Below, one piece after another: positions 1 through 9,844 of a stretch of DNA of 59,230 nt. A program made the position numbers and the translations under genes. Within the stretch, counting starts at the first letter, position 1, and each line of letters starts with the position of its first letter. Source of the stretch: a virus (Duplodnaviria > Caudoviricetes). Below the pieces are notes generated by a model. The model did not search any database. It was given only the letters and a program-made list of their open reading frames with translations, and had not been told where the DNA came from. Location of the stretch: IMG/VR virus record IMGVR_UViG_3300020045_004392, positions 1-59,230 of that record; one strand, given 5' to 3'.

Positions 1-13
1 TTTAAGCCCTAAC

Positions 14-148
14 CCATAACAGCCAAATACCCGGCAAGCTGGGCGACTGAAGGTTTTCGAGCGTTTGAGTTTCGCGTGTGCAGTATCGCAATTCGGACAG
101 GATTTTGCACGTAATCCCATCCTGCGTGTATTGGCGGGAGCGTTATAA
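14..148 (+). repeat. attC-like recombination site (homolog of 42469-42601)
   Basis: CCATAAC (14-20) ... GTTATAA (142-148), with imperfect inner inverted repeat GCCAAATACCCGGCAAGCTGGG / CCCATCCTGCGTGTATTGGC. Confidence 0.8.
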
Positions 149-174
149 AAGGGTTCAAATTGGTACAATGTATC

Positions 175-672
175 CTAAAATTTATCGCTTTGCTTATACG
201 CTCCTGCGATCTTAATTATCTGGATAATCTCTTCCATCCCACACGACTCAAACCCCTGGCACATAAATTTAATCCGTGATACAGGCACGTTTACCATTTG
301 TGAAATTTCAGCCGCCGAAAGACCAGAGCAATATAACGTGCGAATTTCCCATGAGTCAATAACTCGTTTCGGATTTGCCTGTTTTCGTTCAGGCTTTGAT
401 ACGACAAAAATGTTTTTCAAAGAGCAATCTTCATAACTGCCATAGTACCGGATTCGACCGAAAAAAGCGTCATAATCCAACCCATTAAACAGGCAGTAAA
501 CTAAGCGTGCAAGGTAAACAGTGCGACCGCCTAAAGTCATAATTACATGACCGTTTTTGCCGATTCGTGTGCCTTGTACTTCGGTGCCGTTTGGCCGGAG
601 TACTTTGCCTGAGTTTGTTACGGTGTAGCCGTTAAACGTCCTTACTTGCGGTTCGTTACTTTTTTCGCTCAT
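175..672 (-). CDS. Degenerate NUMOD4/HNH-like protein with C-terminal HTH-like segment
   Basis: YTVTNSGKV...YLARLVYCLF...DCSLKNI follows the HNH scaffold but lacks the His residues. C-terminal GLSAAEISQMVNVPVSRIK resembles an HTH. Homolog at 43060-43557. Confidence 0.5.
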   Translation of the reverse strand: MSEKSNEPQVRTFNGYTVTNSGKVLRPNGTEVQGTRIGKNGHVIMTLGGRTVYLARLVYCLFNGLDYDAFFGRIRYYGSYEDCSLKNIFVVSKPERKQANPKRVIDSWEIRTLYCSGLSAAEISQMVNVPVSRIKFMCQGFESCGMEEIIQIIKIAGAYKQSDKF

Positions 673-1022
673 GGCCGTTTCTCATTAAATTCAGTTTTCT
701 TTCTCATTTCTTCAATTAAATCAATGCCGTAATGTTCAGCCATTGCAAAACAAACGAGGGTTATGTCGGCAAGTTCAGACGGGTCAAACGAATCCCACAT
801 ATAAGAGTCGAGAAGTTCTTTTTTTTCTTCGTCAATTTTATCGCAAAACTCAAGTACGCACGTCGTTTTGGTTATCAATCCCCTCCGTTTTGTTGCTTCG
901 TAATTTCGGTGAGTGATGTCGGTGAGGTAGGCGCGGCCAGATTTTACGCCCTCTTTATAATACTCAAACTTCATTATTTCGAGTGCCTCTGCAGCTTCTT
1001 TCGTTACTTTAATTTCGTTCAT
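669..1022 (-). CDS. MazG-like nucleotide pyrophosphohydrolase
   Basis: SELADITLVCFAMAEHYGIDLIEEMRKKTEFNEKRP matches the all-alpha NTP-PPase C-terminal motif. Confidence 0.65.
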   Translation of the reverse strand: MNEIKVTKEAAEALEIMKFEYYKEGVKSGRAYLTDITHRNYEATKRRGLITKTTCVLEFCDKIDEEKKELLDSYMWDSFDPSELADITLVCFAMAEHYGIDLIEEMRKKTEFNEKRP

Positions 1023-1174
1023 AGCAATTCACATTCAATAGCGTTAAACAATTCATAAGGTATTTTTTCAGTCGATTCAATGTAAACACGGCCATCGGTA
1101 ACAGTTACAGAAGTAATTCCGTATTGGGTTATTTCGTCTGAAAATTTAGTGCGGAGTGAGGCGAGGTGGTTCAT
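1019..1174 (-). CDS. Small hypothetical protein (51 aa, MNHLASLRTKFSDEITQYG...)
   Basis: Read manually. ATGA overlaps on both sides. Conserved in copy B (43554-43709). Confidence 0.75.
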   Translation of the reverse strand: MNHLASLRTKFSDEITQYGITSVTVTDGRVYIESTEKIPYELFNAIECELL

Positions 1175-1383
1175 GATGCGATAAACGTTAATTTGTTCCG
1201 TGAGTAAAAATTTGTGTTTACTTCTTGCTGTGTCAACTTTAATTCATCGCAAAGTGGTTCTATGTTTTTAGCTTTACCTTGTAGGTAAATTTCATAAGCC
1301 GTTACGCTTATATTGTAAAACATCTCAGGCTTCAATCTGGTAAACCTGAAAATTAACTGTAAACGTCTTAAATTTTCTTTCAT
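1171..1383 (-). CDS. Hypothetical early protein
   Basis: First ORF after the leftward promoter. N-terminus is identical to 43706-43921. Confidence 0.75.
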   Translation of the reverse strand: MKENLRRLQLIFRFTRLKPEMFYNISVTAYEIYLQGKAKNIEPLCDELKLTQQEVNTNFYSRNKLTFIAS

Positions 1384-1427
1384 ATCGATTTGTTTTTACC
1401 CCAGCAACGTCGCCGGTGATTGTTCAG

Positions 1428-1435
1428 CAAATATA
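1428..1435 (-). promoter_or_regulatory. Bacteroidota -7 promoter element (TATATTTG), leftward early operon
   Basis: Matches TAnnTTTG consensus ~45 bp upstream of the 1383 start. Conserved at 43967-43974. Confidence 0.65.
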
Positions 1436-1631
1436 CATCTTATTTTTATATTTCAAAACGATTTTTATATATATTTGATATATTTTTAAATATACGCTAA
1501 AATGTCAATTTATATAAACAATTAAAAATTCAATATAAAGTTAAAATTGGGCTATATTGGTATTAAGAGTGCATTTTTATTTAAATAACGTAATACGCAA
1601 TTCAGTCTGTAACCATTACTAATATTAATAG

Positions 1632-1759
1632 AGTGCAAAAGTGCAATTATTTTAGTATATCAGTATAAAGTATAAATATAATATATAATAGAAATGAATT
1701 TAAAAATAAATTATATTTAAATATAGCAGAGAATAGGAAAATAATTGCACTTTTGCACT
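1632..1759. repeat. Perfect 22-bp inverted repeat around an AT-rich core; candidate origin or packaging site
   Basis: AGTGCAAAAGTGCAATTATTTT (1632-1653) / AAAATAATTGCACTTTTGCACT (1738-1759). Confidence 0.7.
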
Positions 1760-1847
1760 ATGCCAATGTTTATTGGTGTTTTAGCGTATTTTTGTATAGC
1801 ATGTTCAATAATATTGCATTAATTGTATAGCGTATTCAATAAATTAG

Positions 1848-1855
1848 TACATTTG
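1848..1855 (+). promoter_or_regulatory. Bacteroidota -7 promoter element (TACATTTG), rightward late operon
   Basis: Consensus match 21 bp upstream of ORF 1877. Confidence 0.6.
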
Positions 1856-1876
1856 CATAACACTAATTAAAATGAT

Positions 1877-2275
1877 ATGAGCAAAGGAGGAACAAGAACC
1901 AATTCAGGGCCAAAGCGTAAGTATAATGAGCAAACTAAAATGGTTGCTTTTAGATGCCCTATTTCAAAGATTGACGAACTTAAAAAACTTGTTAATGATC
2001 AGCTTGATAAATGGAACGTAAAAGGTATTCCAGTACCTAAACTGTCATTAAATGATTACCATTTGCTATCTGATAGAAAATACGTAGTTAAAAAAGTACG
2101 TGGTAAGCCTCATGTTTGTCGTACAGTTGAGAACGCTAAAGGTAAATTTAACGTACTTTTAGCCCAGGATATTATCGGGATCAATTGTGAAATACTTTTC
2201 GTTGATGGTAATACCCTAAACAATGAACGCGAAAATATCAGGCCAGTTAATCGGGAAGTCGAATTTATTTATTAA
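1877..2275 (+). CDS. Putative DNA-binding protein with degenerate HNH-like C-terminus
   Basis: N-terminal GGTRTNSGPKRK basic motif; C-terminal FVDGNTLNNERENIR. Confidence 0.45.
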   Translation: MSKGGTRTNSGPKRKYNEQTKMVAFRCPISKIDELKKLVNDQLDKWNVKGIPVPKLSLNDYHLLSDRKYVVKKVRGKPHVCRTVENAKGKFNVLLAQDIIGINCEILFVDGNTLNNERENIRPVNREVEFIY

Positions 2276-2286
2276 TTTTGAGTTTT

Positions 2287-2730
2287 ATGGCACGACCTTA
2301 TAATTATACAGAGGAAGAGAAAGAAGTCATTATAACCGATATTTGTAATCGGGTTATTGATGAAACTATTTCGTTTAATAAAGCCGTTAAAGATTCTCAA
2401 ATTAGTTATGTTACATTTTTTCAATGGTTATCTAAATCAGACAAGCTAAAGGAGCTTTATAACTACGCGTGTGAGATCAGATCAGATATTTTATTTGATG
2501 AAATGATTGATATTGCTGATGACGGTTCCAATGATTTTATGAAGAAACTAATGGGAGAAACTGAGATCGAAATATTAAATTCTGAACACATACAGAGATC
2601 TAGGTTGAGGGTTGATACTCGTAAATGGATATTGGCTAAAATGCAGCCTAAAAAATATGGTGATAAGATTAGCCAGGAAATTTCAGGCAGTTTATCAGTT
2701 ATCGAAGTTAAACCACCATCACTAGACTAA
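2287..2730 (+). CDS. terS: Terminase small subunit (Sf6 gp1-like)
   Basis: RSRLRVDTRKWILAKMQPKKYGDK motif; directly upstream of TerL. Confidence 0.85.
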   Translation: MARPYNYTEEEKEVIITDICNRVIDETISFNKAVKDSQISYVTFFQWLSKSDKLKELYNYACEIRSDILFDEMIDIADDGSNDFMKKLMGETEIEILNSEHIQRSRLRVDTRKWILAKMQPKKYGDKISQEISGSLSVIEVKPPSLD

Positions 2731-3965
2731 TGTTAATTGATCTTCATACTCATCAAGACAAGCTATTTAATCCATTAATTTACGATCTTAGGAAAGCTAA
2801 AACAAGATTTGTAAACAATTGGGGCGGTGCTGGTTCTGGCAAATCATATACACAAACACAGCATGAAATAATAAAATGTCTTGAAAAACCTGAAAAATTA
2901 TTAGTTACTCGCAAGGTTGCAAGTACGCTGAAAGATTCAGTTATAAGTTTATTTGTTTCAGTCTTAAACCAATGGGGTCTTGATGACTTCTACACTGAAA
3001 ATAAATCAACTCAATTCATTACTTTAACAAATGGGAGCCAGATTCTATTTAAGGGAATGGATGATCAGGAGAAAATTAAATCAATAGCTGGAATTACTCG
3101 CATATGGAATGAGGAAGCAAGCGAATTAACTCAGGCAGATATAAATCAGCTCAATTTGCGACTGCGTGGTAAGGATGGGTTACAAATGACAAATACATTT
3201 AACCCGATTGATGAAGAACATTTTCTAAAAGCATATTTTTTCGACAATCCGGATATGCTTACAAGAACTACAAATTTACATACTACTTACAAAGATAATA
3301 GGTTTATTGATGAGGCATATAAGGCAGAATTAGAAGGTTATCAGCATATTGATAAGAACTATTATAAAATTTATGCTCTTGGTGAATGGGGTGGAATTAC
3401 TGAGGGTCGTATATTTCCGATATGGGAACATATTGAGCGTTTCCCTGAAATTGATGGGCATTGGTACGGTCTTGATTTCGGGTTCTCAAATGATCCGACG
3501 GCAATTGTTAAAACTATCAAATGGAAAAACAGAATTTACTTTGATGAGCGGTTATATCGCGTTGGATTGACTAATCCTGATATTGCATCGTTTATGTTTG
3601 CCGATGGGTACAAAGGTCAAGTAGTTATTTGTGATTCAGCGGAGCCTAAAAGTATCGAAGAGCTTCGAAGGTTAGGGATAAATGCAATTGAAGCGCAAAA
3701 GGGGGCAGGCTCAATTATGGCAGGTATTGACTTTTTGAAGGCTCATAAGGTATTGGTAACTCAGTCAAGTTTAAACCTGATCCGTGAAAATAAATACTAC
3801 CAGTGGAAGGAACTGCCGCCAAACCGTCAAACTGCTAACAAGCGTTTCGACAATACGCCTAAGGATTGGATGAACCATTTAAAAGACGCTTGCCGTTATG
3901 CGTATTCACTTGGTGACTTTGCTCAGTCCGGTGGTAGCGTTGATGTTGGATGGGATGAACTTTAA
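2730..3965 (+). CDS. terL: Terminase large subunit, PBSX/SPP1 family
   Basis: GGAGSGKS Walker A, WNEEASE Walker B, GLDFGFSNDP and DSAEP nuclease motifs. Confidence 0.95.
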   Translation: MLIDLHTHQDKLFNPLIYDLRKAKTRFVNNWGGAGSGKSYTQTQHEIIKCLEKPEKLLVTRKVASTLKDSVISLFVSVLNQWGLDDFYTENKSTQFITLTNGSQILFKGMDDQEKIKSIAGITRIWNEEASELTQADINQLNLRLRGKDGLQMTNTFNPIDEEHFLKAYFFDNPDMLTRTTNLHTTYKDNRFIDEAYKAELEGYQHIDKNYYKIYALGEWGGITEGRIFPIWEHIERFPEIDGHWYGLDFGFSNDPTAIVKTIKWKNRIYFDERLYRVGLTNPDIASFMFADGYKGQVVICDSAEPKSIEELRRLGINAIEAQKGAGSIMAGIDFLKAHKVLVTQSSLNLIRENKYYQWKELPPNRQTANKRFDNTPKDWMNHLKDACRYAYSLGDFAQSGGSVDVGWDEL

Positions 3966-4025
3966 CCAATAATCATATTTTGTATTTGTAAATTTATTTT
4001 GTAATTTTCGCAAAAATATACAGAT

Positions 4026-5309
4026 ATGGCATTCCTCGATATTTTCAAAGGGTTAAAAAAGAATCCACTTCAGCAAGCTGTTTATGAATACTGGATACAC
4101 TCAGGCAATGTTAACAACATTCCAGACGATCCGGATGCTTATCTAAAGAAAGGATATTCAGCGAATACCACTGTTTATTCGATTGTTTCAAGGATTGATG
4201 CAATGCGTAAACAGGCTAAGTTAGTGCTAAAAGATCAGGCCGGAAATGTAGTCGAAACACACGAACTATTGAAGTTTCGTGATAGATTTAATAAATCGCT
4301 GACCACTAACGATGCCATTACTCAAATGCTGATTTATAAACTGGTTATCGGTGAATGGTTCGTGTATAAACTCGCACCTGATGCTGGGGCAAATAAGGGG
4401 AAAGTATCAGAATTACATTTACTTCCTGCTGCTGACGTTGAAATTATTGAGGGAACAATCTTTGATCCGGTGCGAGGGTATAAGATTGAAGGAAACTACA
4501 ATATTGAGTTACCTGTTGAATCGGTTTATCATGGCAAGTTATTCAATCCGAATTGGAATGATGAGCGTACTCTTCACGGGATGTCCCCACTACGCGCGGC
4601 TGCAAACACTGTATCGAAATTAAACCAGATTGAGATTACAGAAACAAAAGCATTCGAGAACCAGGGGCCACCGTATATCCTTTACAAAGAAAGTTCAACC
4701 GATCCAATGCAAAACCGGATGACCGATCCGCAAAGGGATGAGATCGTAAAAAAGATCAAAAACGCTGCAAAGGAAAACAATAGATCATTGCCGTTAGTGT
4801 TAAAAGACAAATTTGGAAAACTGGATTTAGGGCAAAAGCTTGCTGATATGACTATCATTGAGTCAAGCAACGCGGGTATCATTGCGCTTTGTGCTGTTTA
4901 TGGTGCGCCTCCTGAATTATTTGGATATGGTCAAAAGACTTACAACAACATGCAAGAGGCTCGTAAATCAATGTGGACTGACTGCCTTATGCCAAACCTT
5001 GATGCAATTGCCGAAACATTTAACGCGTGTACTATTTACGATACATCCGAATATCAGGGTCTATATTGGGATTGGGATTATTCCGAAATTGAAGAACTTC
5101 AGGAAGGAATGCAAATTAAGGTCAATTGGATGAAAGCCGCCGGATGGTCTTACAACGAGATTCGCAAAGTAACAGGCAAAGAGCCGATTGACAATCCTTT
5201 GATGGATGAGCCTGTTATTGGGATGGGAGACACTTTTTTGAGTGATTACGGGGATCCGTTGGATGATCAAGACCCGACAAAGAAAGACTTTAGCGATTAC
5301 AAGAAATGA
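4026..5309 (+). CDS. Portal protein (HK97-like)
   Basis: 427 aa after TerL; GMSPLRAA, TYNNMQEA and NEIRKVTGKEPI motifs. Confidence 0.9.
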   Translation: MAFLDIFKGLKKNPLQQAVYEYWIHSGNVNNIPDDPDAYLKKGYSANTTVYSIVSRIDAMRKQAKLVLKDQAGNVVETHELLKFRDRFNKSLTTNDAITQMLIYKLVIGEWFVYKLAPDAGANKGKVSELHLLPAADVEIIEGTIFDPVRGYKIEGNYNIELPVESVYHGKLFNPNWNDERTLHGMSPLRAAANTVSKLNQIEITETKAFENQGPPYILYKESSTDPMQNRMTDPQRDEIVKKIKNAAKENNRSLPLVLKDKFGKLDLGQKLADMTIIESSNAGIIALCAVYGAPPELFGYGQKTYNNMQEARKSMWTDCLMPNLDAIAETFNACTIYDTSEYQGLYWDWDYSEIEELQEGMQIKVNWMKAAGWSYNEIRKVTGKEPIDNPLMDEPVIGMGDTFLSDYGDPLDDQDPTKKDFSDYKK

Positions 5310-6091
5310 AAACCTCCACCCGCAAATTTGAAATCCAATACCTTCGCACCCGCAACGCAATCGAGCGCAAAGGCATACGATTAGTTCAGGCTGCTTTGCG
5401 TTTGCAATACACTCAATTCTTAGACCGTGCCAAAGACTTATCGCCGTCAATGTGGAATGACATAAAAATTAGCGAGCAACCGATCAAACAATTTTTTGAA
5501 CAGTTTTATCCAATGTCTGGGCGATTGGGACAAATGACAAGAAAAAATATGTTAGCACAAAAAAATCAGGTGAAATCTTTGGAAGACGATTTATATTTGT
5601 CAATTTACGAGCGACACATGCAACAACTTGTCGGGACGAATGATTATGCCAAACGAATTAACACAATCACAAATACAACCTCTGAGCGGATTAATAACGT
5701 TATTCAATCGGTAATGACTGAGGGTGAATTGGGCGGTTATGGAATTGATAAAATACGTCAATCGCTAACTGATGCAATTGGGGCCAGTATTCGCGGCAAC
5801 GTTCGCGCGCGGGCTAAAGCAATCGCACAGACTGAAATGATCAGCGCAAGCAATCAAGCGTCAACCTATGCAGCCGATTCAACTGGGTTAGAGTATCGGA
5901 AATATTGGAGTACTTCGCACTTGCAGGGTATCAGACCTACGCATATAATGGCTGAACAGGATTCAATTCAGCGTGGCGGGTATAAGAAAGACGAACGTTT
6001 TGCAAATGGGTTATTGTTCCCGGGAGATCCGGCTGGACCAGCCGAAGAAGTTGTGAATTGTCGCTGCACAGTTTTACACGAAATTTTGTAA
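5306..6091 (+). CDS. Minor head / head morphogenesis protein (SPP1 gp7 / Mu gpF-like)
   Basis: RAKAIAQTE, RPTH and FPGDP...VNCRC motifs. Confidence 0.85.
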   Translation: MKTSTRKFEIQYLRTRNAIERKGIRLVQAALRLQYTQFLDRAKDLSPSMWNDIKISEQPIKQFFEQFYPMSGRLGQMTRKNMLAQKNQVKSLEDDLYLSIYERHMQQLVGTNDYAKRINTITNTTSERINNVIQSVMTEGELGGYGIDKIRQSLTDAIGASIRGNVRARAKAIAQTEMISASNQASTYAADSTGLEYRKYWSTSHLQGIRPTHIMAEQDSIQRGGYKKDERFANGLLFPGDPAGPAEEVVNCRCTVLHEIL

Positions 6092-6138
6092 ATATGAAAT
6101 AAATATTTACATTTAACGAAAATTTACACACTCACATA

Positions 6139-6792
6139 ATGAAAGAACTTGAATTTAAATCGTTTCAAATATCAGAAGTAAAATCTGATGATTCAGGTAA
6201 TCTTATAATTAATGGATATGGCGCAACGTTCAACGACATTGACGACGGTGACGATCAAATTAAACAAGGTTCGTTTTTAGAAACACTCGTCGAGCGTGCT
6301 GGAAGGATCGCCTTTTGTTTCCAACATGACATTCATAATGCAGTTGGTAAGATTTTAGTCATTAATGAGGATGTAAAAGGATTGTTTCTTTCTGTAATGA
6401 TTAGTGCTGCTGAAGATGATTTGCAAATAAAAATCAAAGAGGAAATTTACAAAGAAATGTCAATCGGTTATAAAGTAATCGAATCACATTACGAACAAAT
6501 AAATGGTAAAAATATTCGTGTAATAACTAAAATTAAACTTTACGAAGTTAGCATCGTAACTATTGCGATGAATGAATATGCTACTATTGACAGTATGAAA
6601 TCAGAAGAACAACAGGATTTTATCAAAAAAGAATTTAACCGATTGATTGCTATTATCAGAAATGAAAACATAAACTATGAGCTTTTAAAATTGAAAGACT
6701 TAACTCTTTCCGTTCTCGCTCGAAAGACAGAACCGCCGAAAGAAGAGCCGCAAATGAAAGCTGATGACATATTGAAATTATTAAACTCTTAA
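6139..6792 (+). CDS. HK97-family prohead protease
   Basis: GYGATFN, FQHD, MSIGY and LYEVSIVT motifs. Confidence 0.9.
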   Translation: MKELEFKSFQISEVKSDDSGNLIINGYGATFNDIDDGDDQIKQGSFLETLVERAGRIAFCFQHDIHNAVGKILVINEDVKGLFLSVMISAAEDDLQIKIKEEIYKEMSIGYKVIESHYEQINGKNIRVITKIKLYEVSIVTIAMNEYATIDSMKSEEQQDFIKKEFNRLIAIIRNENINYELLKLKDLTLSVLARKTEPPKEEPQMKADDILKLLNS

Positions 6793-6802
6793 AATTTATA
6801 AC

Positions 6803-8035
6803 GTGGAAAAGAAAGAATTGGAATTAGCCTTAGAAACTCACGGTAAAGTGATTCAGGCAAAACAGGTAGAAATGCAAAAAGCAATTGATGCCAATTTGGA
6901 AGCCAAAGCCGTTGAACTTCAAAAGTCAATTGACGAAATGAAGGCCGCAAAAGAAGTCATGCAAAAGCAACTTGATGATCAGAATATCGAGATTCAGAAG
7001 TCAAGGATGCAAAAGAACGACGAAGAAGCCGTTTCACTTGAAAAGACTATTCGTCAACTGTTCGACTCGAAAGAGTTTAAAGATGCCAAAGCATCCGGAT
7101 TTAAGACTAAAAGTATGTTCCAGGTTAAAGCCGCTACTTCTGACATTACCGGAACTATTAACATGACTCAACAGCGGTTACAAGTTAAATTCAATCCTGA
7201 ACGCGCCTTGGCTTTCATGCCTTATCTTAATGTTGGTGTTATCGGAAACGATAAAAACCGCGTATTGTGGGTAGAAGGTGCTTACACTTCGAACGTGGGT
7301 TATGTTGGCGAAGGAGCTGGGCAGGCAAATGCTGACACTGGTACCGCTACCGAAAAGACCCGCGCAATGTGTAAGATAAGTGCAAAATTGCCGCTTACTG
7401 CCGAACTTTTGGAAGATGCTGAATATGTTACTTCTGCTTTCCGCATGAAAATGCAAGAAAAAGCAATGTTATTTACTGACCTTGAATGTTACGGTGGTGA
7501 TGGATCTGACGGCGTTAACCCTAACCATATTTATGGTATTAAAGGTCATGCAACTGCTTACAGTGCCGCAACTACCGGAACAACTGGCGCAAACGGCGTA
7601 GTCGATGCCAATATCGGCGATTTGATTGATGACATGATTTTGCAGGGCGAATTATCTGAACAACGCGGCATGAACGTTTTGTGGATGAATCCGAAAGACT
7701 TCGGCAAATTCAAACGTGCAAAAGACAATCAGGGTCAGTATCTTTTCGTGAAAGATGTGAACGGTCAGTATTCAATATCTGGCTTGAATGTTGTTAAATC
7801 AACCGCTGTTACTGTAAACACGATGACCATCGCCGACTCTGCAAAGATTCAGTTATGGTGGAAACGTAACCTCGAAGTAAAATTCAGTCAAATGAATGGA
7901 ACAGACTTCGTGGACGATACTTATACAGCTGTTCTATTCCTGAGAAATCAGGTTGTTGTTGAAGGCCCGGATAAAACCGCCTTAATTCATGTTGCGGACA
8001 TTGCCGCATCAATTGCAGCTATTACATTTGTATAA
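6803..8035 (+). CDS. Major capsid protein (HK97 fold) with coiled-coil delta domain
   Basis: Position after protease; ELLED, GDG...GI and WMNPKD motifs. Confidence 0.9.
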   Translation: MEKKELELALETHGKVIQAKQVEMQKAIDANLEAKAVELQKSIDEMKAAKEVMQKQLDDQNIEIQKSRMQKNDEEAVSLEKTIRQLFDSKEFKDAKASGFKTKSMFQVKAATSDITGTINMTQQRLQVKFNPERALAFMPYLNVGVIGNDKNRVLWVEGAYTSNVGYVGEGAGQANADTGTATEKTRAMCKISAKLPLTAELLEDAEYVTSAFRMKMQEKAMLFTDLECYGGDGSDGVNPNHIYGIKGHATAYSAATTGTTGANGVVDANIGDLIDDMILQGELSEQRGMNVLWMNPKDFGKFKRAKDNQGQYLFVKDVNGQYSISGLNVVKSTAVTVNTMTIADSAKIQLWWKRNLEVKFSQMNGTDFVDDTYTAVLFLRNQVVVEGPDKTALIHVADIAASIAAITFV

Positions 8036-8042
8036 CCAAAAC

Positions 8043-8062
8043 AGGGGGTGAAATATCCCCCT
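8043..8062 (+). promoter_or_regulatory. Stem-loop after capsid gene
   Basis: AGGGGG-TGAAATAT-CCCCCT; covarying counterpart at 54771-54792. Confidence 0.55.
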
Positions 8063-8079
8063 TAATACACTTTAAAAAT

Positions 8080-8490
8080 ATGAAAAAGTTTATTTTTATT
8101 GCGCTTTTTGGACTGATTACAATGTTCAGTCAGGCGCAAGTATCTGGGGGATTCACTTCTTTTGTGAATGACACAACGACTAATACTGAAACAGTTTATA
8201 TGGCAGTTGCAACGCCAAAGGCTATATATAGTAATCAAACATTGGCTATTGAATTGTCAGGAACAAACGCATCAGGTACAGCGACAGTTACGGCATCGCT
8301 CCAGGTTAGTGATGATAATGTACTTTGGTATAACTATGGTTCGTCTATTACCTTAAATAATGCCGGTACTGTATCGAATTATGCATGGGAGCTTGCAACC
8401 TCTGGATTTAGATACTATCGAGTCAGGTGTATATCTTCAGGGACAGGAGTCACGAATTTAAAAGGGAAACTGGGTTTAAAGCCTAGATAA
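8080..8490 (+). CDS. Signal-peptide-bearing beta-rich protein, possible capsid decoration protein
   Basis: MKKFIFIALFGLITMFSQA|Q leader; immediately after the capsid gene; homolog at 54810. Confidence 0.55.
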   Translation: MKKFIFIALFGLITMFSQAQVSGGFTSFVNDTTTNTETVYMAVATPKAIYSNQTLAIELSGTNASGTATVTASLQVSDDNVLWYNYGSSITLNNAGTVSNYAWELATSGFRYYRVRCISSGTGVTNLKGKLGLKPR

Positions 8491-8552
8491 TAACCGTATT
8501 TGGAATTAACAGGGGATCGTTTCCCCTGTACGGTTCACACAAATCTTATAGC

Positions 8553-8772
8553 AATGAAATACAAAGTGATCAAAGAGTATGCAGGAATTGAAGTTTATTC
8601 GGAAGTAAAACTATCTGAATCGAGCGCAAGATATATGATTGAACAGGGATATGTTGAGCCGATAACTGAACACCAATCAGCGCCCGTAACCGTTACAATT
8701 GAAGGGCGAAAATTAGCGCAAGTACTCAACAAAGCAATTGAACCAAATTATAAACGCAATAAAATTAAATAG
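8553..8772 (+). CDS. Small head-module protein
   Basis: ATG at 8553 preferred over TTG at 8500; conserved in copy B. Confidence 0.65.
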
Positions 8773-8774
8773 TC

Positions 8775-9029
8775 ATGGCAGTAGAATCAGTAGTTTTAAC
8801 GAAAAGCGCAGGTGACGATTATCAAATAGTCGTTGGCGGACAGTATTCTTATACAAAACAATTTCCACGTGCGGACTATTCCACCAACTCAGAGGGTATT
8901 AAATTGGTTCCTTACGTTGGTCCAGCAATCATGCATAAGTCATATCTTCCGGCAGCCTGGACAGTCGGAGTAACTACCGGATTTACGACAAACAAAGAAG
9001 TCACTGACGCAATAACAGCATTAGGATAA
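8775..9029 (+). CDS. Hypothetical head-module protein
   Basis: ORF tightly coupled within the operon. Confidence 0.65.
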   Translation: MAVESVVLTKSAGDDYQIVVGGQYSYTKQFPRADYSTNSEGIKLVPYVGPAIMHKSYLPAAWTVGVTTGFTTNKEVTDAITALG

Positions 9030-9844
9030 TGAAAAAGTTATTATCAATTATGATTCTGATGCTGATAGTATCGGTTTCATTTGCTCAGTTAGGTGGAAAG
9101 ACTACAATATCAAAAGTAACTGGATTGCAAACTGCTTTAGATGCTAAGGCAGATACATCTATTGTTTTAACTCAAACAGAAGCCGATGCAACGTATCTTC
9201 AACTAACAGATACCATTCCATTTAGTTCGATTGCTTATAATAAAACAGAAGTTGATAGTATTATCCATGTAGCCAATCAAAATCCAATATCAAAACTTAA
9301 ATACTTATTGGATGGAAGTACAGTAACTTTCCCAGTCGCAATGACAACATGGCTGACGGCTACTGGGGTGTTTACTTCTCAAAGATTTTATTATATGCTT
9401 ATTGAGGTTCCAGATTCGACAAGATATACAAAATTTCATTGGGTGTTGCAATCGCAGGGGGCATTCACTGAAAGTGACTACAATGGATTTGGTATTTATT
9501 CCGTCGCATCCAATGGAACCTTTACGAAAATTGTAGAAACTGCAAATGATGCTAGTGTATTTAAAACTGCCGTTGACGCACTTGGAACAAAAGCATTACC
9601 ATCGCCAATAATATTGCCTCCCGGAGTATATGCAATTGGGTGGCTATACTGTAGTTCGGCTCAATCTGCCGTTGTTGGGTATTACGGTAGTTCGGTGCTC
9701 GTTCCGGCAACGTCTGTTTTATTTTCAAATTCAATTAAATTAGGTGGATTTATAGCCACGCAGACATCGTTGCCTAATTCTTTTGCAGCATCGGCTGCAA
9801 CGCAATATAATTCAATTCCTTTTATTTGGATAGCTAATGATTAA
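9029..9844 (+). CDS. Signal-peptide protein with phage fibre-like repeat
   Basis: MKKLLSIMILMLIVSVSFA|Q leader; ISKVTGLQTALDAKAD resembles the phage tail-repeat motif. Confidence 0.55.
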   Translation: MKKLLSIMILMLIVSVSFAQLGGKTTISKVTGLQTALDAKADTSIVLTQTEADATYLQLTDTIPFSSIAYNKTEVDSIIHVANQNPISKLKYLLDGSTVTFPVAMTTWLTATGVFTSQRFYYMLIEVPDSTRYTKFHWVLQSQGAFTESDYNGFGIYSVASNGTFTKIVETANDASVFKTAVDALGTKALPSPIILPPGVYAIGWLYCSSAQSAVVGYYGSSVLVPATSVLFSNSIKLGGFIATQTSLPNSFAASAATQYNSIPFIWIAND

